A model generated the notes under the pieces. That model was given only the letters and a program-made list of their open reading frames with translations. It ran no database searches and had not been told where the DNA came from. A stretch of 63,815 nucleotides of DNA, counting the filler, from Octopus bimaculoides (Eukaryota): assembly GCF_001194135.2 (NCBI RefSeq). It is 8 parts of 8 records of this genome, joined end to end, with 100 filler letters (N's around TTAATTAATTAA, not from the genome) between each part and the next. Parts side by side here need not be neighbours in the genome. Positions count along the whole stretch, not along the records: positions 43,640 to 52,225 come from NC_068983.1; positions 52,326 to 60,341 come from NW_026387102.1; positions 60,442 to 62,651 come from NW_026307308.1; 5 more parts are not named here. One strand, written 5' to 3'. Every line of letters starts with the position of its first letter. Position 1 is the first letter of the stretch. A program made the position numbers and the translations under genes. Of this stretch, positions 50,450 through 61,815 are shown in pieces.

Positions 50450-52193
50450 GTATGTTAGGCCTTCTACTCAGAAGGTATTGACAGCAAATGGAACAATTAC
50501 ACAATGAAACATGTTTCTCTACCACAGAAAGTAGAAGAGAAAACGCTCTAGTCCCGTCAAATGTGAACGGGCCATAGTCCAACAGTCAGTTGGTAATATA
50601 GACGGAGGGAATCTAAAACTTCACCACTTCTTCTTTACATTCAAGACATACCTTCCCAGGTAGTGTGATTACATTAGTAAATATATGGTAGTGAATTTCC
50701 TTTCTTTCTACTGATCTTCAAGCATACATTTAAACATGAGAACTCGTTCATCTGCAAAGGATTGCGGAATTGTCAAGTTTAAACTGAATCAAAGAAATCA
50801 ATTTCATATGTCTTTCATCTAAAATCTGCACATACTGAATTATCTTTGAAAGGGAATACTTAGTGTTTATAAATCTGATACTATGCAACTTCTCTCCCAA
50901 AACAGTAAATGCGTGACAGACACTCTTAAAATCAATTATATTTTAAGGTCTGAAAATGGTAGTTTGGAAAAAATTTCATTTATTAATGAATTGACAGATT
51001 GTTTGCATCTTTACATGTACGAACCAATGTGTATAGTGATGAAATACATTCTCAAGACGTTCGATATTTTATTTTTGTCTGACCGCTATTATATTTTGAG
51101 ATATATGCAACAACCGATTAACTGGTGAATCCTCTGGTTTTATGACTTGTATGGAATGTCCTGTCGACATACTGTTTATGATTTACGCTTTTACTCACTC
51201 GACAATCCGCCTGGTGACTGAGGTATTCTCATGAACTAATTGAAGTATCCTCATGGATTAATTCCTATTTTCTGTCAAGTATACATATATTTCTTATCAT
51301 TTATTGGTTACATTTTTCATTCGTTGAACTGCAGTTATGCTGCTGCATCGCTTGAACGGTTTAGTTGACGAAATAGATCTCAGTACATTTTTTTTCTAGA
51401 ATTCATACACATTATTTCTCTATCTTTTGCCAAATAGCTAGGTTAAAGTGACGTAAACAAAGCAACACAGGTTTTCAAGCAGTGGTGGAAAAACTAAAAG
51501 ACAGTGAAACCCCCACACACGTGCGTACACTCACACGGTCGCACACATATGCATGCATACGACGGGCCTGCACACGGTGCCACAAAGTGAGACTGGACTC
51601 GAAATCCTATGACTACAAAGCAACATCGTAATCACACAGGCATGATTTGATTAGTAAACATAACGAACTTTTGTTTTGCTACCCACACTTATACAGTAAA
51701 GTACTTTTAGGGTTTCCAAACAAAATCTTAGAAGTTCTGAAAACCTGGATACAAAGAGATAAATGCAATACTTTAGTTAGTTACTAATGATTATATTTTC
51801 CACATACATACATTTTAATATTATCAGAAATGCTGATACACACATTCTAATATTTTATCAGAAATACTCTCCTGTCCAACCTGTATTTGAGTTAATTAGC
51901 TCGACAATTAGGTCACATTTTACAGATTCTTTTTTCTCACTTCTTATCTACCCAATAAATAGCATCATAACGACTTCATTTCTATTTAAGATTTTATCTT
52001 ATCAGCCAATTCTATATTCTAAGTCTATATATCTCAAATCTAACGTAATTTAATTTATCACTTCCTTTGGATATGTTTTATGGAATAGAATTCTATCTAC
52101 CAACTGTGAACCAGAAATTCTCAAATATTCTTGAGAATATTTGTCAAATTTTTTACATCATGTCTTCTACACATTCTTCTTTGTAACAGACAG

Positions 52194-52225
<32 letters not shown>

Positions 52226-52589
52226 NNNNNNNNNNNNNNNNNNNNNNNNNNNNNNNNNNNNNNNNNNNNTTAATTAATTAANNNNNNNNNNNNNNNNNNN
52301 NNNNNNNNNNNNNNNNNNNNNNNNNTTAAGGCATCAAAGATTCCCGAGACGCTAAAACTGTTAACGGTTTCTTTTAAGTAAGGAAATTTGGTTGGTAGTG
52401 AATTGTAACACAGTGAACCTTTTCAAAATTGTCATGAGGCCAATAAAATGAAGGAAAGCTGTTCAGCCCACAATATATACAACTTCCAGTGGAATCGAAC
52501 ATCATAATTAATCTTAAACTTGTTGTACTTAAACACTTTCTCATTAGGATAAGCACAATGTACAACATAAATTTGCTGATACACACACA

Positions 52590-53220
52590 CGCACACACGA
52601 TACACACACACACGTCCATTTCATATAGACGTACATACATCTGTTACTTTCTTTCTCTGTTCTTTTCGCTTATCTTCAATCAACTACCGTAAAAATTTTA
52701 TACTATTACGTCACATTCTCCAAAGAATAAATGAACTTAATCCTGCATACGATGCTCTACAATATCCATTACTTTTCCCTTTTGGCGACGATGGATACCG
52801 CATTGACTTACCAAAGTGTAATCCAACAACTTTAATGAATCTTCAACCATTGAAAGCTATTTCCTAAATGGAATTTTATACATCTAGAAACGCGCGCGCG
52901 AGAGAGTTAGAAAAGTGCGCGCGTGCGATTGTGAGAGAGAGAAACAGAATAAAAAAGAGAGAGTGAATGAGTGAAAGAAGTATGTACGTCTATATGAAAT
53001 GGACGTGTGTGTGTTTGTGTTTGTGTGTTTGTACGCGCGCGTGTGTATGTGACAGAGAAAGAAGGTGAGAAAGAGAGATAGTGAGTGAGTGAAGGTACAC
53101 ACACACATTTAGAAAATGTGACGTAATAGTATAAGATAAACGAAAAGAACAGAGAAAGAAAGTAATAGATGTATGTACGTCTATATGAAATGGACGTGTG
53201 TGTGTGTATTTGTGTGCGTG
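52590..53220. repeat. Fold-back with ~110-bp inverted arms plus a third internal copy of a 28-bp motif
   Basis: CACGTCCATTTCATATAGACGTACATAC at ~52613 is inverted at ~52980 and ~53170; TATACTATTACGTCACATT at ~52700 is inverted at ~53115. Confidence 0.8.
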
Positions 53221-53435
53221 CTTATGTGCTGGTTGTCTTAGCAACTGATTGATTTTAATGGCGGAACAAACAGATTACAAAAATAGCGATTCTCACCTTG
53301 AAATTAACTATTTTGAAAATGTTTTTAGATTACGGAACGCCCAGCTCTGTCATGTATCCATGTTTAAAATTTCAGTGCGATCAGGTGAACAATATTACAG
53401 TTATAAGTTCATAAACAGACAGACAGAACGGATTT

Positions 53436-53502
<67 letters not shown>

Positions 53503-53772
53503 AGAGAGGGAGGNNNNNNNNNNAATAGGAGTTTTTGTCAACTGACATTATATTGCCGGTATATACTATGAATGCTCAGTTTGGTTTACCCCTAAAACTC
53601 CAGCTTGGACTGCAATTGAAAAATGTACTGTTAAGACTGCCAATCGAAGGTGGCCAGAAGTGGTTTCTCTTTGAGCGGGTGGATGTTAATTGCAAGAGAA
53701 AATGTAAAAGCAAAAAATTTGACATCACTCGAAAACATTTAATTTAGGTAGAGAATATAAAAAAAGTTTTTA

Positions 53773-54234
53773 CACCTGTTTCTAGGATAGCCAAACATGT
53801 GGATCATAATATTGAATAAAGATTCCATAAGCTAGGTAAACCGTCATCGGTGAGGGAGAAGTCAGAAAAAAATATAAACGAAGGATTACCCCCCAATCAA
53901 GGATATTAGTACTCTCTAGTTTGTCAAAGGAAGAATCAGAGTGGAATAGATATGAATTATACAGATTCATGATTGGATAAGAAATAAAGCTGGAGGTAAA
54001 GTCCATTAGCAGTTTCAAATGAGAATGTTTGATGGGTCTACGTAACGCATATCAATTTCGCTCTGATCTTTCCTTCACTTTTGACAAAGTGGAGAGAATT
54101 GATATCCCTGATTGGTGATATTCTTTCATTTTTATATTTTTCTGACTTCTTCGCCTCCGATGACGGAAAACCTAGCTTATGGGATCTTTACTCTTTATCA
54201 TGATCCACATGCTTGGTTATTCTAGAAACAGATG
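53773..54234. mobile_element. 462-bp palindromic MITE (~185-bp imperfect arms), TA TSD
   Basis: TA|CACCTGTTTCTAGGATAGCCAAACATGTGGATCAT ... ATGATCCACATGCTTGGTTATTCTAGAAACAGATG|TA; arms continue inward (ATAAGCTAGG..CCGTCATCGG / CCGATGACGG..CCTAGCTTAT). Confidence 0.8.
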
Positions 54235-55365
54235 TAAGTGACTCTATCTGTTTGTATTCTCTGTCTAAATTAAATGTTTTCGAATGATGCCAGATGTTTC
54301 GCTTTTTCATTTTTTTATTTTCATCTATCTATCTATCTACATGCATATATATGTACACACATACGCACGCGCACGCACGCACGACGCGCGCGCGCACGCA
54401 CACGCACGCACGACGCGCGCGCGCACGCACACACAAAGTCAAAGACCCAGAGTGTGCATGTTGGGCGGGTGCCCGGAGGATTGTAGCTTCTGCCACTGGC
54501 GATGTCTTGTATTCCGACTGTTTAGATATGGCAAACCGAAACAAGTACAAATAATTAAGCGTGAATTTTCACAATAATTCTTTCGGCTGATAAACGGTTG
54601 ATAGACATTATAGATTCTGAGAGAACACATTCCTGTATCCAATTTCGAAGCTTTACCATTAGCTCGAAATCTAGACAAAGGCATCCAGACTGATAAATAG
54701 ATAAACAACAAAACACACGAACCAGTGAGTTGCAGACGTTCGAAGGTGAAAAAAAAAAAGAGAAAAAAAACAATGAAGAATCGGAAGCTTTAAGTCAGCA
54801 CGTGCGATGTTTGTTTAGGGTAAGGTTAAATTGATTGTTATTTTTAGAAACTTTGGCATTCGCAGAAAATAGCATGCTTCACTTTTTTAATTTTTTTTAT
54901 CTGAGCTGTAGATGATACACGCACGCATGCACACGCGCATGCACGCACACACATATGTGTGTGTGTGTGTATGTATGTGTGTGTGTGTATATGTGTGTGT
55001 GTATCTATAGTGGGCACTAAGTGTGTACGTGTGTTTCTTTTGACATGGATATGGTGAGATCTTGTGACTAAACAGTGTATTGAAAAACGTGTTTCTGAGA
55101 TAAGATACAGGTAAATGTCGCTTACATCGATACAGAAGGTGATTTTGGTGCCAAAGACGACTAAAAAATACTTTAACCCCAAACATTTAGTTTTCTGTTA
55201 TAATCCCCGTAGAACAACACAGCAAATCTCCTATTTATACATTGATAGAAATGGGGTGTGTGTATGAAGTGGGAGTAGGTAGGGTGATGGTATCCTACTT
55301 TTCAACTCCCGAAACTGGCTAATAGTTTATGTCTTTTCTCACCTTCCCAACACCAGCCTTCAAGG

Positions 55366-55435
55366 CAGGGGTCTCCAAAGTGGTCGATATCGACCCCTGG
55401 GGGGTCGATGGGACCATTCAAGGGATCGATAAATG
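55366..55435 (+). mobile_element. hAT-type MITE left terminus (fragment)
   Basis: CAGGGGTCTCCAAAGTGGTCGATATCGACCCCTGGGGGGTCGAT resembles CAG(G/T)GGT-starting hAT termini; no partner end identified. Confidence 0.5.
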
Positions 55436-55547
55436 CACATCTACTTAATCATTATTATTATTTATCTATTTTCTTGTACAGCCTGGTGGTCAAGGATTCC
55501 ATGAAGAGCTTTCTACACGAGAACAAATTAGTTGCAGGTTTTTCACT

Positions 55548-56453
55548 ATGACTTCTGCATATCCCAGTGCAAATGGAATTAATCACCGCGACATTGCCAT
55601 CGCCACCGCAACAACAGCAGATAGTATTCACTGGCTCAAGACATACGGATTGTTAAATACTAAAAAAATATGTCCCTCTTGTGGAGCTAGCATGAGGGAA
55701 GTAGCCAAAAACAATTTGTCAGATGGCATGATATGGTCATGTGGAAGGCCTTGTAGAAAAATGATTTCCATTAGAAAGGGAACATTTCTAGATAATAGCA
55801 AATTGAAATGCGAGCAAATTATAGATATATTATATTATTGGGCAAAGGGAGATTTAGCTAAGAATTTAGGCCAGGAATGTCGTATAGCAAATGTAGCTGT
55901 AACAGATTGGAGGAATTACTGCCGTGATGTATGTGCAGAGTATTATATTGCGCAAAATATTAAGTTAGGCGGACCAAACCGAATAGTGGAGATAGATGAA
56001 AGTGCGTTTGTTAGAAGAAAATATAATGTTGGCCATCGTGTTAAAACGCAGTGGGTGTTTGGTGCTTTAGAAAGCGATACGAGAAGATGTTTTTTGGTGA
56101 CGGTGGAAGATCGGTCATCAGATACCCTTTTAGAAATTATACAAGATCGGATATTACCAGGAACAACAATAATTTCTGACCTCTGGCGTTCATATAATAC
56201 ACTAAACACGCTAGGATATAGACATTTAACCGTGAACCATTCAATAAATTTTGTTGATCCGGTTACATTTGCCACAACAAATCACATCGAAAGCCTATGG
56301 AAACACGCCAAGAACAGGAACAAAAGAGAAAATGGGACAACCCGGAATTCACCGCAAACACATCTAATAGAATTCATGTGACGTTATGAATTCAAGGACG
56401 AGATCTTCCAGAAGTTATTGGAACAAATTCGACACCTATATCCATGCGTTTGA
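55548..56453 (+). mobile_element. Merlin-superfamily (IS1595/ISXO2-like) DDE transposase; 277-aa ORF plus 23 in-frame codons beyond an internal TGA
   Basis: Zn-ribbon CPSC...WSCGRPC; VEIDES, RKYNVG, IISDLWRSY, VNHSINFVDP, TNHIESLW motifs; C-terminal EFM*RYEFKDEIFQKLLEQIRHLYP matches the EFxWR...LLxxI..YP pattern. Confidence 0.9.
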
Positions 56454-56837
56454 AACATTACAGAGTATAAGTATCTACAACTTCAAACTTCATTTGTTTT
56501 CTATTTTGATAAATTCTCTCTGTTGAAAATTATATTTTTATATTTTAAATAATTTGCAATTTCAGGAAATATGTTTTTATATTAAATCTGTGTTTTCTAA
56601 TAAGGTGGACGAGTGATTGATAGATAGATAGATAGATAGTAGATAGATATCAGTAAGTAAGTAAGCCAAAGTATCAACTCAAACCAGCAGGCAGACAGAC
56701 AGACGGACACACAGATAGCTCAGCAGGCAAGCAGGCAGACAGGCCAGCAACAGGCATGCAGGCAGACAGACAGATACTTCACTAGCAGTGAGCACTTTCA
56801 CTTCTGACAGCTAATAGCATGATAGTGCCCAAAATAG

Positions 56838-56927
56838 ATAAGTATACGAAGTTTGAAAGTCTTTCGGTACCAAAAACACTACGTAAAACGTTAATGAAAA
56901 ATGTGGCCCCCGTTTTAAAAAAGATCC
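56838..56927 (+). mobile_element. Right terminus of the Merlin element
   Basis: Ends AAAGATCC like the MITE at 58609; CGAAGTTTGAAAGTCTTTCGGTACCAAAAACACTAC matches (1 mismatch) the reverse complement of the MITE's left subterminal block. Confidence 0.75.
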
Positions 56928-57225
56928 GAGGTATTTGTTCCGAATTTCTTTGCTCCAGGTCCAGATCCATCAAGGTTAACTTGGTCTTTCTTTCTTTCTT
57001 TCTTTCGAGGTCTATAAATAAAATATTGAGTCTTCCTCTTCCTCTCACTCTCTTGTCTCCGGTTAGGTGTGACGTGGGATGGGCTCTGCTATGTCTAAAA
57101 ATGTCCAAAACACACCACCTATCACCACGGCGTTCCTACGACTCCATCAAAAGTAAAGGACCCTGAGAAGGAAGGATAACTGTCTATCATCCAATATCAT
57201 AGCTAATAATTACCAAAAATCTGTA

Positions 57226-57286
57226 ACACTGCCAAGAACCTCGCTATAGACGTCAGAGACGTTTATATTGAGGCTCTTGGCAATGT
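57226..57286. other. 61-nt near-perfect hairpin (26 of 29 pairs including G:U)
   Basis: ACACTGCCAAGAACCTCGCTATAGACGTC-AGA-GACGTTTATATTGAGGCTCTTGGCAATGT. Confidence 0.8.
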
Positions 57287-57899
57287 CTTTGGTTCCGAGG
57301 TTTATGAAATTATAAATCTTAGAGACTATTTAACTACACCAACCTCCTACAACACACTGTTATCTATTATCTTTACCAATACGTTCTACAGGAATGAGAA
57401 CACTGTGAGAAGTGTACTTTTAGTGAAGGTTGTAGATTTATTTCTAAATTGTTTGTAACGGAAGATACTTTCGAATAAGAAAGAAGAAATTCAGAGTTGT
57501 AGGAAACCGAGATGAAAAAAACACAACTTTTTGTTGCTAAACAAAATGAAACCGCAGCTGTCTGATTAGGCTAAAGATTTGCAGATAACCATTACTATCC
57601 ATGTCTCCGACTGTGAATAAATGAATTTGAAGGACAACACAATGAAGGCAATAATTCGATTTTTTAAAAATCAGACTTTAGACATTATTCAGCAGTGAAT
57701 ATGAAGCTTCGTGGCCACATTCGCATTAAAAAACGGAACTCCGGTTTAATCTCCGTCGTCTTTTCTTATAATGAGCCAGTGGAAAGGAGATATGTCTGCG
57801 TTTGTATGACCTGCTAGAAATAGCAGTCAAATCTCTTTCACTTCATACACACACTGCCTTCTTGGGAAAGGACTGGAAGTGGCACACTGGATAACGTTG

Positions 57900-58609
57900 G
57901 GATCTTTGGGGTTTGACGGGCAACATTTTTTTTGTAGTGTTTTTGGTACCGAAACACTTTCAAACTTCGAATATTTGTATATTTTGTGGTATAGAACAGA
58001 TAAAAAATTTTGTATTCGAAGTTATTTTATGTAAAAAAATTGTCGTATTTCGGTAATTTCAACCAATCACTGACGTCTATTGAGGTGAAAACAATTAATG
58101 CCGTAACGGTGTCATGGGATCTTTTCCCTTGAATAAAATTAGTCCCGTTGTTTGTCAACAACAACTACCCGTGTTACTATATTATTTATGACATCGTTCG
58201 TGCGTTTGTACTGGTTTTAGCTTTAGGGTTTTAGGGTGAGGGTTCGGGTTTTAGAGTTAGGGTTAGTTTTAGGATTACGGTTAGGGTTATGATTATTTTT
58301 GCCATAGCCTTAACCCTATAACTCATAACCCCAACCCTAAAACCTTACTAGGGAATAATGATATAATTAAACAGGGAATAACACACTTGACACCGAACAG
58401 CAGTAACTGTATTCAGCTGAATAGACGTCAGTGATTGGTTGAAATTACAGAAATACGACAACTTTAACATGAAATAACTTGCGATGTACAATTTTTTGTT
58501 AAGAAGGTTAAGAGAAGAAGTTGTTTTATATGACACATTCTACCAGTGTCCCAAGTTTGAAAGTGTTTCGTTAAGAAAACAAATGTTGCCCGTCAAACCC
58601 CAAAGATCC
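57900..58609. mobile_element. 710-bp non-autonomous Merlin MITE
   Basis: TIRs GGATCTTTGGGGTTTGACGGGCAACATTT / AAATGTTGCCCGTCAAACCCCAAAGATCC; perfect 8-bp TSD TAACGTTG (57892-57899, 58610-58617); GG...CC ends and an 8-bp TSD fit Merlin. Confidence 0.9.
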
Positions 58610-58675
58610 TAACGTTGTCTTTATACATAATGCCTGAAATAAAGAAAAAATAAAAAGGCAAGATGGTCACAGATA

Positions 58676-58840
58676 GAATGAACTGCTGCAGGAATGAGTG
58701 AAGAATGAATTGTTTACGATCGGAAGTTGGCAGTCGAGGGTTTGTAGGTGGTGTGCTGAGTCAGGCCTATAGAACTCTGGGCATTACAGGAATGAGCCCT
58801 CAAGGACAACGTAGAGGCTGCTGAGAAAGCATATTAAATG
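58676..58840 (+). mobile_element. C-terminal RLE region of a Hero/NeSL-like non-LTR retrotransposon (decayed)
   Basis: EVGSRGFVGGVLSQAYRTLGITG...DNVEAAEKA resembles the (V/I)EVGCRGF...LGI.G...AAEKAS restriction-like endonuclease C-terminus. Confidence 0.65.
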
Positions 58841-59945
58841 GCACTTAATGTAAAAATGGACAGCAGTAGGGGTCAGTAGAATGTCCTTGAAGGTTGATCA
58901 ACTTTAATCAGGTCACCTGGATGAGAGTATAATGTCGTAAGGTCAGAAACATCTAATGACCTTAAGATACAAACAACATTAACAGTGTGTTCTAGTGTTG
59001 CATCTGTAGAGTGTATGGTCAAGACAACATAATTTTGCAGTTGAAACTGAGTAGACTTCCATATTTTTAAAAGAACCTGGAGCAGGTGATAATAATTCTT
59101 GAGAAAATAATTTGCAGAAACAGAAGTTTATTTAAATATTCGTGGAAGATGTTCTACATTTGCAAAATATATTTTGGTCATGCAGGAAAAATGATATTTT
59201 AATTAGTTTTATTGGTAACCCAAACCAGTTTTTCTAACAAAAGAACTGAAGAATAAATAACTCAAATGGTAGACGATGAAAAAGAAATGTAGAGAAGAGA
59301 ATAGAAGGCATCTGTAAGGAATTAGGAATGCTGATATACCAATTTCTCCAACTCGGTTCAATTGACAAAAAAAGAAGTCAAGCACAAAAAGAAAGGAATT
59401 GCGAATAAGCCTGAATGCTGATAGATACTGAAGTGGTTAATTCCTTTCTACTAATTTTGTAATCTAATTAGTTTATTTTCATGGTAAGATACAAGGCACA
59501 AATGCCAACCATTTTTGGTGGTAATAAGCTGCAAATTCGAAGTAGAACTTCTAATATTCATATAAATGTTCACTCTTAATAGAGATACAGTGGAGGGGGA
59601 GATAACTCATAGCTTTCCCTGGTCTTACAGACAGATGAAATATATGCAGTTTATTATGTTCAATTTAATCTGTAGATGTACAAAGAACTCTAGAGCAGGG
59701 TTCTCAAATTCGGTTGCTTTTCAGTGCTGCAAACGAGTGCCAATCTGATGCTGGCCTGTAGCTTACTGGGTTGTTGCATGAATTGTTAAAAATAAAAATG
59801 AATATAAAAAAATCTTGCAAACCAAATCCAAAAACGAAATAAAAAAGGAGAGTTCGCTGGAAATGAAAATATATATATCAAAACAACTTCGAAATAGAAA
59901 AAAAATTATCAGAAACTATGAAACATTTTAATATAAACAAAAAAA

Positions 59946-60135
59946 GGCGGCGAGCTAGTATTATCGTTAGCACGCCGGACAAAATGCTTAGCGGCATTTC
60001 GTCCGTCTTGACGTTCTGGGTTCAAATCTGGCTGAGGTCAATTTTACCTTTCATCATGACGGGGTCGATAAAATAAGTACCAGTTGAAAACTAGGGTCGT
60101 AATCGACTTTCCCTTCCTTCGAAATTGCTGGACTT
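59946..60135 (+). mobile_element. SINE family B with intact 5' end, tail variant 2
   Basis: GGCGGCGAGCT..TCGTTAGCACGCCGG..AATGCTTAGCGGCATTTCGTC; empty-site reference for the nested copies. Confidence 0.8.
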
Positions 60136-60441
60136 GAAACCAATATAAACGAAGCAAATGTTCAAACAGTTATTAGGGGAAATTGGCATCAGGGCCAGTA
60201 TAATTATTGGATCTTCATTAAGATATAGAAACAATGGAAAATACTTTATTATTTTCTATAGACTATAAAAGCCAAACACTATCACTGAACCCAAATAAAG
60301 GCTTAAATTATACTGGACAAATAAATATATATATATATATANNNNNNNNNNNNNNNNNNNNNNNNNNNNNNNNNNNNNNNNNNNNTTAATTAATTAANNN
60401 NNNNNNNNNNNNNNNNNNNNNNNNNNNNNNNNNNNNNNNNN

Positions 60442-61165
60442 AAGTGACAAAGGAGCATATTTGGCATATTTTGCTTTATGACTTCAATAAACGTAACAAG
60501 GCAACGGAAGTGCAAGGAATATTAATGCAGTATAGGGTGATCGGACAATAAGCGTAAGCTAGTGTCAATGGTGGCTCCAGAAATTCCGATCAGGAAACTA
60601 TAGCCTAGAAGACGAACCTCGTCCAGGAAGATCTGTAAAGCCTGATGAGGACGTCCGCCAAAAACTGGTGGAACAAATTCCCATCGTAACTGTTGAGGAA
60701 CTAGCAGAAAAGCTTGGATTTGTTCATTCAACCATTCATCAACACCTGCATGCCATCGGAAAGACGACCATCTGTGGTTTCATGATGAAAGGTGCTCGTC
60801 CATCAGGATAATGCTCAATCACATTCGGTGAGGTTGACATTCCAAAGACTGGAGTAATTTGAATGAGAAATGATGCCCAACCCCATCTTCGCCTGACATT
60901 GCCCATCTGATTATCATTTATTCAAAATCATTCGTACGGAAAAAAATATGAATTCTATAGACGACGTCAGAAGAGTACTGGAGGAGATTTTCTCGTTAAC
61001 GACAAGTAGATTTTGGACGAGGGACCTTGCAAGTCTACCAAATAGATGGAAGAACATAGCAGAAAATGAAGGAGTGTATATTTGAGATTAAAAAAGAACT
61101 TTGTTAATCTTAATTTTGAAAAATAAAAGTACAAAATTACCGCATTATTTATGGGATGATCCAGT
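60442..61165 (+). pseudogene. Internally deleted, decayed mariner transposon
   Basis: KEHIWHILLYDFNK...WLQKFRSGNYSLEDEPRPGRS...VTVEELAEKLGFVHSTIHQHLHAIGK; PSSPDIA.SDYHLF (YSPDLAPSDYHLF); right TIR-like CGCATTATTTATGGGATGATCCAGT. Confidence 0.9.
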
Positions 61166-61569
61166 CTATGTGTATGCCTTTCACCCACCGACTTTCACCT
61201 CAATATTATTACAATTCCGTTTCTCTCTCTTGTCCTTCTATTCATCTGTCTTTCTACCTACCTGTCCAACTCTGTCTGTCTTTNNNNNNNNNNNNNNNNN
61301 NNNNNNNNNNNNNNNNNNNNNNNNNNNNNNNNNNNNNNNNNNNNNNNNNNNNNNNNNNNNNNNNNNNNNNNNNNNNNNNNNNNNNNNNNNNNNNNNNNNN
61401 TGCACTATATAAAATGACACCAATATTACTAGTGTTAAGGGAAGATACTCATAAATATAATGCGTTTTTATTGAGAGTTATCTCCCTTGAAGATTGACAA
61501 TGCCAGCTATTGTACTTTCGATGTGGAATTAACTTCTGAATGGAGGCTACTCTCGAAGTATATAATTCC

Positions 61570-61784
61570 TTTACTTTCCTTTACTTGTTTCAGTCATTTG
61601 ACTGCGGCCATGCTGGAGCACCGCCTTTAGTCGAATCAAATCCACCCCAGGACTTATTCTTTTGTAAGCCTAGTACTTGTTCTATCGCACACTTTTTGCC
61701 GAACCGCTAGATTACGGGGACCAAAACACACCAGCATCGGTTGTCAAGCGATGTTGGGAGGACAAACACAGATACACAACATTT

Positions 61785-61815
<31 letters not shown>

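Noticed and set aside
52430-52455. GTCATGAGGCCAATAAAATGAA resembling the targeted element's tail
   Set aside because: The match is short, lacks the GAAATA end, and the flank is not a SINE head; not counted as a fifth insertion.
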